Of a stretch of DNA of 64,000 bases, positions 45,337 through 53,344 are shown one piece after another. The notes beneath the pieces were generated by a model that saw only the letters and a list, made by a program, of their open reading frames with translations, was not told where the DNA came from and searched no databases. The position numbers and the translations under genes were made by a program. This DNA is from an uncultured delta proteobacterium (GTDB lineage Bacteria > Desulfobacterota > Binatia > DP-6): positions 96,001 to 160,000 of the forward strand of contig CAWFFN010000012.1 in the NCBI GenBank assembly GCA_963815115.1, given 5' to 3'. How positions within the stretch are numbered: the first letter of the stretch is position 1; every line of letters starts with the position of its first letter.

Positions 45337-47865
45337 GTGGACGACGATGATCCCCCTCTCTCCCTGCCGCCTCTCGGGCGCCGCGCGATGCCACCGGCAG
45401 CGACAGTCGGGGCGGCGGACGAAGCCCATTCGACGATCGCGTTGACGCCGCACCGAGGCCGCCCGTACGACTTCGCTCATGAAGCACCTCACGGCCCCCG
45501 GAGGGGTCGCCTGACCGCCTTCCGCCGCTGGGGCGATGTCGTGGTCCGCCATCCGCTCCCGCTCTGCCTGGGCGTGCTCGCCGTCACCGCGGTCCTCGGG
45601 CTGGGCGCGCTTCGCCTGCGCCTGAGCATCCGCGAGGAGGATCAGCTTCCGCAGGGCCACCCCTACGTTCGGATCTACAACCGCATCAACGAGACCTTCG
45701 GAGGCGGCGCGGCCGTCGTCGTCGGCGTCATCCCGCATGGCGGAGACGTCTTCACGCCGGCGACGCTGGCCAAGGTGGCGCGCATCACGGCCGGGCTCGA
45801 GGCCCTGCCCGAGCTCGCCGGGCGGGGATCCGTGTGGAGCCTCGCTTCCGAGCGCGCCAAGCGTCTCGGGATGCAGGATGGTGACCTCGACGTCCGCCCG
45901 CTGATGCCGTCGGTGCCGACCGACGCCGACGGCATCGCGCGCCTGCGCGAGGACGTCTTCGCCGATCGCCGCTTCGTCGGGACCCTGGTGTCCGCCGATG
46001 GCGGTGCGGCGGCGGTGGTCGCGGACTTCCCCACCGCCGCGCAGGGACCCGCGCTGCAGCGGAAGCTGGAAGCGATCGTGGGGCGGGAGCGTGACGCGGA
46101 CACCGACGTCGTCCTCGCCGGGGGGCCCGTCATCGTCGCGGCGCTCGACCGAGCCGCGGCGCAGATGGCGATCCTCTTTCCCATCGCGGTCCTCGTCATC
46201 GCCATGGTGCACTACGAGGCCTTCCGTACCGTGCAGGCCATGGTGCTGCCGCTGGTCACCGCGCTCCTGAGCGTGGCCTGCGCGCTCGGCTTCATGGGCT
46301 GGCTCGGCCTGCCGCTCGACACCTGGAGCGCCGTCACGCCGGTGGCGATCCTGGCCGTGGCGGCCGGTCATGCCGTGCAGATCCTCAAGCGCTACTACGA
46401 GGAGTACGCCCGGCTGGGCGACAACCGTGCGGCCATCGTGTCGTCGATCGCTCGCGTCGGGCCGGTGATGGTCACGGCCGGCCTGATCGCCGCCGCGGGC
46501 TTCGCCTCGCTCGCCACCTTCGAGGTGAACAGCATCCGCGTCTTCGGCCTCCTGATGGCGGCCGGTATCGTCAGCGCACTCGCCATCGAGATGACGTTCA
46601 TCCCGGCGGTGCGAGCCCTGATGTCTCCCCCGCGCGCCGCTGCGGGCCACGGAGAGGCCGACGGTCGCTGGCTCACGACGGCGCTGCGCCGCATCGCCGG
46701 GATCGTGCTGCGACGGCCGCGTACCGTCCTCGTCGCCGCGGTGCTTCTGCTCGCCGTCGCCCTGCCCGGAGCCCGGCACCTGCGCGTCGACAACAGCTTC
46801 CGCGGGCTGTTCCCGGTGAGTGGCACGATCCGGCGCGACGACGCGGTCATCAACGCCCGCCTGGCGGGCACGTCCACCCTGCGTTTGCTGGTGGAAGGCG
46901 ACTCCGACGGGGTGCTGGAAGAGCCCGAGGTCCTGCGTGCCGTCGACGACCTGCAGGGTTTCCTCGAGCGTTTCCCGGAGGTGGGACGGACGGTGTCGGT
47001 CGTGGACTATTTGAAGCAGATGGACCGGGTCATGCGCGGGACGGACGGGATGGGCGCCGCGGTGCCGGCCACGCGACGCCTCGTGGGACAGTATCTCTTC
47101 CTCTACTCGCTCTCCGGCCCGGACGATCTGAGCGGCCTGGTCGACGCCGGCTATCGCCGTGGCGCGATCCTCGCGTACACCAAATCGGACGAGACGGCCT
47201 TCGCCGAGCGCTTGTTCGCCCAGACGAGCGCCTTCGCGGCGGCGCGCTTTCGCGGCCTACCGGTGCGGGTCGAGATCGCGGGCGGGTCGCTCGGCGCGCA
47301 GACCGCGCTCAACGACGTCGTGGTGCGGGAGAAGATCCGCAACATCGTCCAGGTGGCGTTGATCATCTTCCTGCTCTCGGCGATCGCACTGCGCTCGCTG
47401 GTGGGTGCGGTCTTCGTGCTCGTGCCGCTCGCCGTCGCGCTCGGCATCACGGTGGGGACCATGGGGTGGACGGGCGTCTGGCTCAGCATGTCCACCTCCG
47501 CCGTGATGGCGATGGGCGTCAGCATCGGCGCCGATTTCGCCATCTACCTGATCTTCCGGCTGCGCGAGGAGCTTGCGAATGCCCCGCTCGCCGAGGGCGT
47601 GCAACGCGCGCTCGTCACCTCGGGCACGGCGATCTTCTTCGTCTCGTCGGCGGTCGCGCTCGGCTACCTCGTGCTCGCGTGCTCGGGCTTCCGGCCCTGG
47701 GTTCACCTGGGCGGGCTCACGGCGCTCATGATGGCTCTCGAGTCGCTCGCCTCGGTGACCGTCCTGCCCGCGCTGGTGATGGTGTGCCGGCCGCGTTTCG
47801 TCCGCCCCCGGGCGGGCAGCGCCGGGATCGTGGGGACGGCAGCGCCGGTGTCCTTCGTCACCTGA
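45337..47865 (+). CDS. MMPL/RND-family exporter
   Basis: Two repeats of TM + periplasmic loop + 5 TM; LAGGPV, AGHAVQILKRYYEE, AAAGFASL and GIGAD-like SIGADFAIY..FRLREE. Start may be 45388. Confidence 0.9.
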   Translation: MDDDDPPLSLPPLGRRAMPPAATVGAADEAHSTIALTPHRGRPYDFAHEAPHGPRRGRLTAFRRWGDVVVRHPLPLCLGVLAVTAVLGLGALRLRLSIREEDQLPQGHPYVRIYNRINETFGGGAAVVVGVIPHGGDVFTPATLAKVARITAGLEALPELAGRGSVWSLASERAKRLGMQDGDLDVRPLMPSVPTDADGIARLREDVFADRRFVGTLVSADGGAAAVVADFPTAAQGPALQRKLEAIVGRERDADTDVVLAGGPVIVAALDRAAAQMAILFPIAVLVIAMVHYEAFRTVQAMVLPLVTALLSVACALGFMGWLGLPLDTWSAVTPVAILAVAAGHAVQILKRYYEEYARLGDNRAAIVSSIARVGPVMVTAGLIAAAGFASLATFEVNSIRVFGLLMAAGIVSALAIEMTFIPAVRALMSPPRAAAGHGEADGRWLTTALRRIAGIVLRRPRTVLVAAVLLLAVALPGARHLRVDNSFRGLFPVSGTIRRDDAVINARLAGTSTLRLLVEGDSDGVLEEPEVLRAVDDLQGFLERFPEVGRTVSVVDYLKQMDRVMRGTDGMGAAVPATRRLVGQYLFLYSLSGPDDLSGLVDAGYRRGAILAYTKSDETAFAERLFAQTSAFAAARFRGLPVRVEIAGGSLGAQTALNDVVVREKIRNIVQVALIIFLLSAIALRSLVGAVFVLVPLAVALGITVGTMGWTGVWLSMSTSAVMAMGVSIGADFAIYLIFRLREELANAPLAEGVQRALVTSGTAIFFVSSAVALGYLVLACSGFRPWVHLGGLTALMMALESLASVTVLPALVMVCRPRFVRPRAGSAGIVGTAAPVSFVT

Positions 47866-47907
47866 AGGGTTCGTCGTGATCTGGCGAAGTCGATATGCGA
47901 TTGCCCG

Positions 47908-49452
47908 ATGGGGGGAGCGGTGACGAACCCGCTCGGCCTGCTCGCAGGCGTTCTCTGTGGCTTGGCCGCGGGCGGCTCCAGCGCGCAATGCCCCGTGCTC
48001 GCGCCCGTGACGAGCCTCGTGCCCGCGCAACGCGGTCCGGCGTGCGCGGCGGCGTGGGAGGTGAGCGGGACGTCGTTGGCCGGAAGGCGGCCCAGCGCAG
48101 CGTGGCGGCTCGTCTGCGAGGATGGGGACCCCTTCTGCGACACCGACGGGGTCGCGAATGGCGCGTGCCGCCTCGCGGTGAACGTGTGCGTAGAGCAGTC
48201 GCTCGAGGGCTGCACGTCGGCGGGGGTCCGGTCCCTGCGCATTCCACCAGCCATCCGCCGACGGCTGGCGGGGCTCGTGCTGCCGGCCGTGCCGCCGGCC
48301 GGTCCGGCGTGCGGGACGGCCGGGACGCTGACGGTCCCGATACGATCTCGACCGGGGCGCCGGATGGCCGATGTGACGCTGGGGATGAAGTTCCGATCGA
48401 GCGCGGGCAACGGGCGCAACCTCATGAACGTGAAGTGCTTGCCTGCCGCCGCGGCGGTTTGCCCGTCGCGCGGGGCGCCGGGCCTGCCCAACGTCGTTCG
48501 TCTCGGGATCGCCGCGACCGGGAGCGATCTCGACCTGGGACTCCCGCCGAATCACGCGAGCGCCGCCCTTCCTGGTGGCGCGGCGCTCGCCTTCTGCGTT
48601 TCCGGGTGTGATGCCTCGACACGCCCGCGCTGCTCCGGCGTCGGAACGGCCGGATCCGGAACGCTGAACGGAGCCACCTTCGGTCCCCCGCAGCCGATCG
48701 TCGGGCCTGGCGTCGGGCTGTGCCTGGTTCACCGCTACGCGTGCCCGCTCATCACCGGAACGTTCGATCTCGACACCGGCGGGGCGGAGATCATGCTGAG
48801 CCTCGCGTCGGACGTCTACCTGAGCGGCGACACTGCCGAGCCCTGCCCTCGTTGCGAGTCGGAGCGGGGTGTCGGTTCCATCGGACATTGCTCGTCCTCG
48901 GCGCAGTTGCCCGGGGCGTCTTGCCGGGTGGAGGCACAGGAGGCAGTCCCTGGCCAGGCGGCCGCCGGGAACTACAAGCTGTCCAGCGCGTGTCCCCCCG
49001 CAGGGGTGCCGAACATGACCCTCGCCCTCGACGTCCCCCTGACCACCGGCGCATCCAGCCTGCCGGTCGGTCCACGTCCTTGCCCGGAGCAGACGGTCGA
49101 CATCGGGTGCGGCGGCGGCTCCTGCAACGCCGCGTGCACCGGGAGCGCGTGCGTCGCGCTCGACGCGGAGGGCCGCTGCGTCACCGCCAGCGGCGGGATA
49201 GGGCAGGAGTGCTGCTCAAACGCCACGGCAACCGAGTGTTTTCCTGCCGACCGGGCGATCACGCGGACCGGCGTTCCGGCGGTTCCGCAGCCTGCCTGGC
49301 CGGCTCCGGCCGATCAGCGCACGGCGACGGGTATGGTTCTCGCCGGGACCTTCTGCGCGAGGTCGACCGGGTTGCCCCTCTTCCCCGGCGCTCCGAACCC
49401 CGCCGGACCCGGCACTCTCACCCTTCCAGTCGAGTCACTCATCGTCCAGTGA
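47908..49452 (+). CDS. Secreted cysteine-rich protein
   Basis: Signal-like N-terminus; CEDGDPFCDTDGVANGAC, DLDLG, PCPRC and many further Cys. Start could be GTG 47920. Confidence 0.75.
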   Translation: MGGAVTNPLGLLAGVLCGLAAGGSSAQCPVLAPVTSLVPAQRGPACAAAWEVSGTSLAGRRPSAAWRLVCEDGDPFCDTDGVANGACRLAVNVCVEQSLEGCTSAGVRSLRIPPAIRRRLAGLVLPAVPPAGPACGTAGTLTVPIRSRPGRRMADVTLGMKFRSSAGNGRNLMNVKCLPAAAAVCPSRGAPGLPNVVRLGIAATGSDLDLGLPPNHASAALPGGAALAFCVSGCDASTRPRCSGVGTAGSGTLNGATFGPPQPIVGPGVGLCLVHRYACPLITGTFDLDTGGAEIMLSLASDVYLSGDTAEPCPRCESERGVGSIGHCSSSAQLPGASCRVEAQEAVPGQAAAGNYKLSSACPPAGVPNMTLALDVPLTTGASSLPVGPRPCPEQTVDIGCGGGSCNAACTGSACVALDAEGRCVTASGGIGQECCSNATATECFPADRAITRTGVPAVPQPAWPAPADQRTATGMVLAGTFCARSTGLPLFPGAPNPAGPGTLTLPVESLIVQ

Positions 49453-49462
49453 GCCGCCCGAC

Positions 49463-50617
49463 CTAGCCGATTGCGAAGTGCCGGGCCGCGTTCCCTCCCA
49501 GGTACGCGCCGACGGTCGGCTGCGCCACCTGGTGCTTCGCCAGCATCGCCCGCGTCTCCTCCAGGGTGCCGGTGTCGTGCCGCGGATAGCGTGACCCCCA
49601 TGCCGCGACCTCGCCGAAGACGTCCGGCATGCGCGCGACCGGCTCCTCCCAGGCGTCGAAGCTGAGCAGCGATGGCCGGGCGAAGAAGACGTCCTCGGGC
49701 TCGAGGCTGACGTCGCGAATGCCGGAGAAGAGCCACAGGTAGGTCTCCGACTTCTCCAGCGTCAGCGGCACCCAGCTCGCGCCGGCGCCGACGAAGGCGA
49801 GGCGCAGCCGCGGGAAGCGCTCGAGGTGGCCGTAGAAGCACATGGCCGTCAGCAGCGTCGCGCTGTCCATGAACGGCGCGACCGCCTCGGCGATGCCGTG
49901 TCCGATGCGCAGGTTCCCGGCGACGCGCTCCACGAACGGCCCCGAGGCGGTCCACTCGGGATTGGTGCTGCCGGGAGACGGCAGCACGCAGGCCGCGACG
50001 TCGAGGGCCTCCAGCCGTTCCCACACCGCATCGTACGAGGGATGGTTGGGGTAGCGGCCCTGGAAGAACGACGGTCGAACGACGACGACGCGGACACCGA
50101 GCTCGAGGACGCGATCGAGCTCGCGCAGCGCGAACGTGGGCGCCTGCATGGGGAGCACGGCCACGGGCACCAGGCGGCGGCGGGCGGCGGACGTGAAGTC
50201 GAGGAGCCAGTCATTGTAGGCGCGCGCCAGGGCCCACGCGACGTCGGGGTTCTCGACCAGCGGGAAGTGCTCTCCGAAGAGCGTCGGGAAGAGCAGCGCG
50301 CGATCCACCCCCATCGCGTCCATGTCGCCGATCCGGGCGACGGGATCGAACGAGCCCGGCGTGATGGCGTGGCGCACGTCGGGGTCGAGGGCGCCGACGT
50401 CGTCGGGCGTCATGCCCGGTAGCCAGCAGGCATGCCGGTTGATGCCGCTCCGCCGCAGGGAGCGGACCGGCCGGCCGTTCAGGATCGTGGTCTCGATGCC
50501 GTGCGCATCCACGTCGTGCCAGAAGGCGCTGCGAGCGGCGATGCGGTAGTCCTTGTCGAGAAAGCGGTCCCAGATCGCCGCCGGCTCGTAGACGTGACTC
50601 TGGACGTCGATGATCAT
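49463..50617 (-). CDS. Amidohydrolase_2 family protein with a degenerate metal site
   Basis: IIDVQSHVYEP, DMDAMGVDRALLFPT, ARAYNDW and GHLERFPRLR; the strand-5 His and strand-8 Asp positions read VLP and WGSRYP. Confidence 0.85.
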   Translation of the reverse strand: MIIDVQSHVYEPAAIWDRFLDKDYRIAARSAFWHDVDAHGIETTILNGRPVRSLRRSGINRHACWLPGMTPDDVGALDPDVRHAITPGSFDPVARIGDMDAMGVDRALLFPTLFGEHFPLVENPDVAWALARAYNDWLLDFTSAARRRLVPVAVLPMQAPTFALRELDRVLELGVRVVVVRPSFFQGRYPNHPSYDAVWERLEALDVAACVLPSPGSTNPEWTASGPFVERVAGNLRIGHGIAEAVAPFMDSATLLTAMCFYGHLERFPRLRLAFVGAGASWVPLTLEKSETYLWLFSGIRDVSLEPEDVFFARPSLLSFDAWEEPVARMPDVFGEVAAWGSRYPRHDTGTLEETRAMLAKHQVAQPTVGAYLGGNAARHFAIG

Positions 50618-50627
50618 CGCTCCGTCC

Positions 50628-52091
50628 TCAGTAGGGTCGCAGGGCCTGGAGCAGGAGGCGCGGGTCGAGCTTCGCCAGCTCGAAGCTGGTGATCCCGTGT
50701 GCGCGCGGATCGGCCTCGACGGCGGCCCACTGCTCGAGCTCGTCGCCGCGCGGGAACCAGTCCGGCCGCTCGAGCGGAGCGGGCTCGCGCTCGACGAAGA
50801 GCTTCCCCTCGATGCCGTACATGCGGCGCGCGTTGCCGCCGAGCAGCTTCGCCTGCACCGCCTCCGGCACGCCGACCGCGCGCATCTCGCGCATGGCGCT
50901 CCAGGAGTCGGCGCCGTCGTGGTGATAGGCGTCGCTCGACCACAGCCCGACGTCCTCGAAGAAATCCCACTGGCGGAATGTCGCCGTCTCGTCCGACTCG
51001 AAAGCGATGAAGCACTGCGCCCGGAAGGCCTCGGACGGCAGGCGGTCGGTCTTCAGCGCGCGCTCGCTGGCATGGCAGCGGAAGAGCCGGTCCCAGTGCG
51101 GCAGGAGCTGCGGCAGCCAGCTCGAGTTCGACTCGAAGATGGCCATGCGGAGCTTCGGGTAGAGGTCGAGCATGCCGGAGAGCAGCACCTGCGAGAGCCA
51201 CACGACGGCCTCGTAGATGAAGCTCATGGTCTGGACGTCGACCATGCGCCCGCCGACGTGCCCCTGACCGGCACGGCCGACGAGATCGCCCGGCGACACC
51301 ATCGGGATCCCCGGCACGGCGTCGCGCAGCGCGAGCCCGTCCTCGGGCATCATCGCGGGGAAGGTGTGCATGCCGAGCACGAGCCCGGTGTCCTCCATGG
51401 TCCGGAAGACGCGGTCCATGGTCGCCGTCGGCGAGCCGGTCGTCATGCTCGGGAAGATGAAGTTGGGATACTTGCCGCGGGCGTCGATGGGTCGGATGAG
51501 CGCGACGCGGAAACCGAGCCCGGCGATGCGTTCCATCTCCCGGCACGTGAACGCGGGGCTCTGCAGCGGCAGCCATCCGGCAGGGAAGAGCCGGTCGGGA
51601 GCCGCCTTGCAGAAATCGCTCACCCAGTCGTTGTAGGCGCGAGCAAAGGCGTTCGCCGCGTCGACGTTCTCCACGAACGGGAAGTTGGCGACCATCATCG
51701 TGGGGATGATCATCACCTGGTCGATCCCCATGAGATCCATGTCACGCAGGCGTGCGTGCGGGTCGTAGGCGCCGCGGTGCTCCACGTAGCCGCGCTGCTC
51801 GCCGGTGAGGGGCGACTGCTGGAGGCGGCGCATCACCTTCTTGTTCATCTGCGGGCCGGCGATGCAGATCGGGTTGTAGCCCGGGAAGTCGTACGCGCCG
51901 CCGCCGATGGTGATGGTGCGTCCGTTCAGCACCGCCTGCCGGTCGTCCTTCCAGTAGGACTGCCGCACCAGATCGCGCTGCGCCGGATCGAGGTACTCCG
52001 TCCAGATGGTGTCCGGGTCGTTGATGTGCGCGTCGCAATCGAAGACGGGGAACGTCTTCGTCATCGGCTCATGACCGTTGCCGTCGTGCAT
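50628..52091 (-). CDS. Amidohydrolase_2 family protein
   Basis: GGAGGAG RBS; FDCDAHINDP, DMDLMGID, RAYNDW, LGMH, FES and WSSDAYHHDG. Confidence 0.9.
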   Translation of the reverse strand: MHDGNGHEPMTKTFPVFDCDAHINDPDTIWTEYLDPAQRDLVRQSYWKDDRQAVLNGRTITIGGGAYDFPGYNPICIAGPQMNKKVMRRLQQSPLTGEQRGYVEHRGAYDPHARLRDMDLMGIDQVMIIPTMMVANFPFVENVDAANAFARAYNDWVSDFCKAAPDRLFPAGWLPLQSPAFTCREMERIAGLGFRVALIRPIDARGKYPNFIFPSMTTGSPTATMDRVFRTMEDTGLVLGMHTFPAMMPEDGLALRDAVPGIPMVSPGDLVGRAGQGHVGGRMVDVQTMSFIYEAVVWLSQVLLSGMLDLYPKLRMAIFESNSSWLPQLLPHWDRLFRCHASERALKTDRLPSEAFRAQCFIAFESDETATFRQWDFFEDVGLWSSDAYHHDGADSWSAMREMRAVGVPEAVQAKLLGGNARRMYGIEGKLFVEREPAPLERPDWFPRGDELEQWAAVEADPRAHGITSFELAKLDPRLLLQALRPY

Positions 52092-52207
52092 GGCTCCTCC
52101 ACTCGCAGAGCGCACGCTAGTGCCGGCTCAGGCTCGCGGTCAAGGAGGGGCGGCGGCTCGGTCGCTCCCCGGTGGCCTCGCTGGCGACGGCCTGCTACCC
52201 GGGAGGC

Positions 52208-52459
52208 GTGCCCACTGCGCAGGGACCCGGGCCGCTCGCGCCGGTTCACCGCATCACCATCATCACGGCGTTTCTCGGCGCGCTCGCCTATCTCGGCTGG
52301 GAGCTGAACCAGCTCGTCCGGAGCCCGGACCTCGTGTCGCTCCTGCGCACGATCCTCGCGGCGGCCGCTGCCGTCGCCCTGGCCTTCTACCTGCGCAACC
52401 TGCGGGCGAGGCTCGAGGCCAAGCTGAGCCCGCCGTCCGGCGACCGTCCCGCGGTCTAG
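52208..52459 (+). CDS. Small two-TM membrane protein
   Basis: GGAGG before GTG 52208; two hydrophobic helices followed by a basic tail. Confidence 0.65.
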   Translation: MPTAQGPGPLAPVHRITIITAFLGALAYLGWELNQLVRSPDLVSLLRTILAAAAAVALAFYLRNLRARLEAKLSPPSGDRPAV

Positions 52460-52526
52460 CGGGCGTCGTGGCCTCGCGGCAACGGCGGTTTCATTTTTTT
52501 GGAGGCCATGCCAGGGTTGGCGGCCC

Positions 52527-53339
52527 ATGAAAGCCCTCGCCGTCCTTGCCGCTGCGTGCGCGCTCGCCGCGCCGGCCGCCGCCAAGACGATCAGCATCAC
52601 GATCTCGCAGGCGGTGGAGCTGAAGGGCGACAAGCTCGCCGTGGGCCTCAAGGTGGGGAACTCCGGCGACGAGGCGGCGCTGTCCGTGACCCCGTCGCTG
52701 CGGTTCGGCGATCAGGTGGTGCGCGGCAAGGGCAAGGCGAGCCTCGAGCCCGGTGGATCGCTGGACGAAACGCTCGTCCTCCCGGTCGGGACACTCGGCG
52801 AGGGCCGCTGGCCGTACCGGATCGCCGTCGACTACACCGACCAGAACCAGTACCCGTTCCAGGCGCTGCAGACGCAGTCCGTGGTGGTGGGGAATCCGCC
52901 GCCGGCGAAGGTCGCGGTGCCCGTCGTCAAGAGCGAGGACCTCGCGGGCAACGGCGACCTGTCGGTCACCGTGAAGAACCTCACCGCCGACCCGCACACC
53001 GCTCGCGTCTCGGTCTACGTGCCGGAAGGGCTCGAGGCCACGGACCCCACTCGCGAGGTGAGCCTCGAGGGCTGGAAGCAGGCCGACCTCTCGATTCCGC
53101 TCACCAACCGGACCGCCCTGGCGGGCAGCCGCTACCCCGTCTTCGTCACGGCGGAGTACGACGATGGGCCCGTGCACCAGGCGGTGGTGGCTCAGGGTCT
53201 CGTCTCGGTGGTGGCGGCCGAGTCCTTCTTCACGAGGAACGGCCGGCTGCTGTGGATCGGCGCCGGCGCGCTGATCGTCCTGTGGCTCGGACTCCTGGTG
53301 AGGCGCGGCGTCGGTCGATCGGCCGGCGCACGTACCTGA
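52527..53339 (+). CDS. Secreted, C-terminally membrane-anchored protein with two Ig-like domains
   Basis: Signal peptide MKALAVLAAACALAAPAAA; two beta-rich repeats (V.N...A; G.YP/WP....V.Y); C-terminal TM helix followed by RR. Confidence 0.82.
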   Translation: MKALAVLAAACALAAPAAAKTISITISQAVELKGDKLAVGLKVGNSGDEAALSVTPSLRFGDQVVRGKGKASLEPGGSLDETLVLPVGTLGEGRWPYRIAVDYTDQNQYPFQALQTQSVVVGNPPPAKVAVPVVKSEDLAGNGDLSVTVKNLTADPHTARVSVYVPEGLEATDPTREVSLEGWKQADLSIPLTNRTALAGSRYPVFVTAEYDDGPVHQAVVAQGLVSVVAAESFFTRNGRLLWIGAGALIVLWLGLLVRRGVGRSAGART

Positions 53340-53344
53340 GCCCC

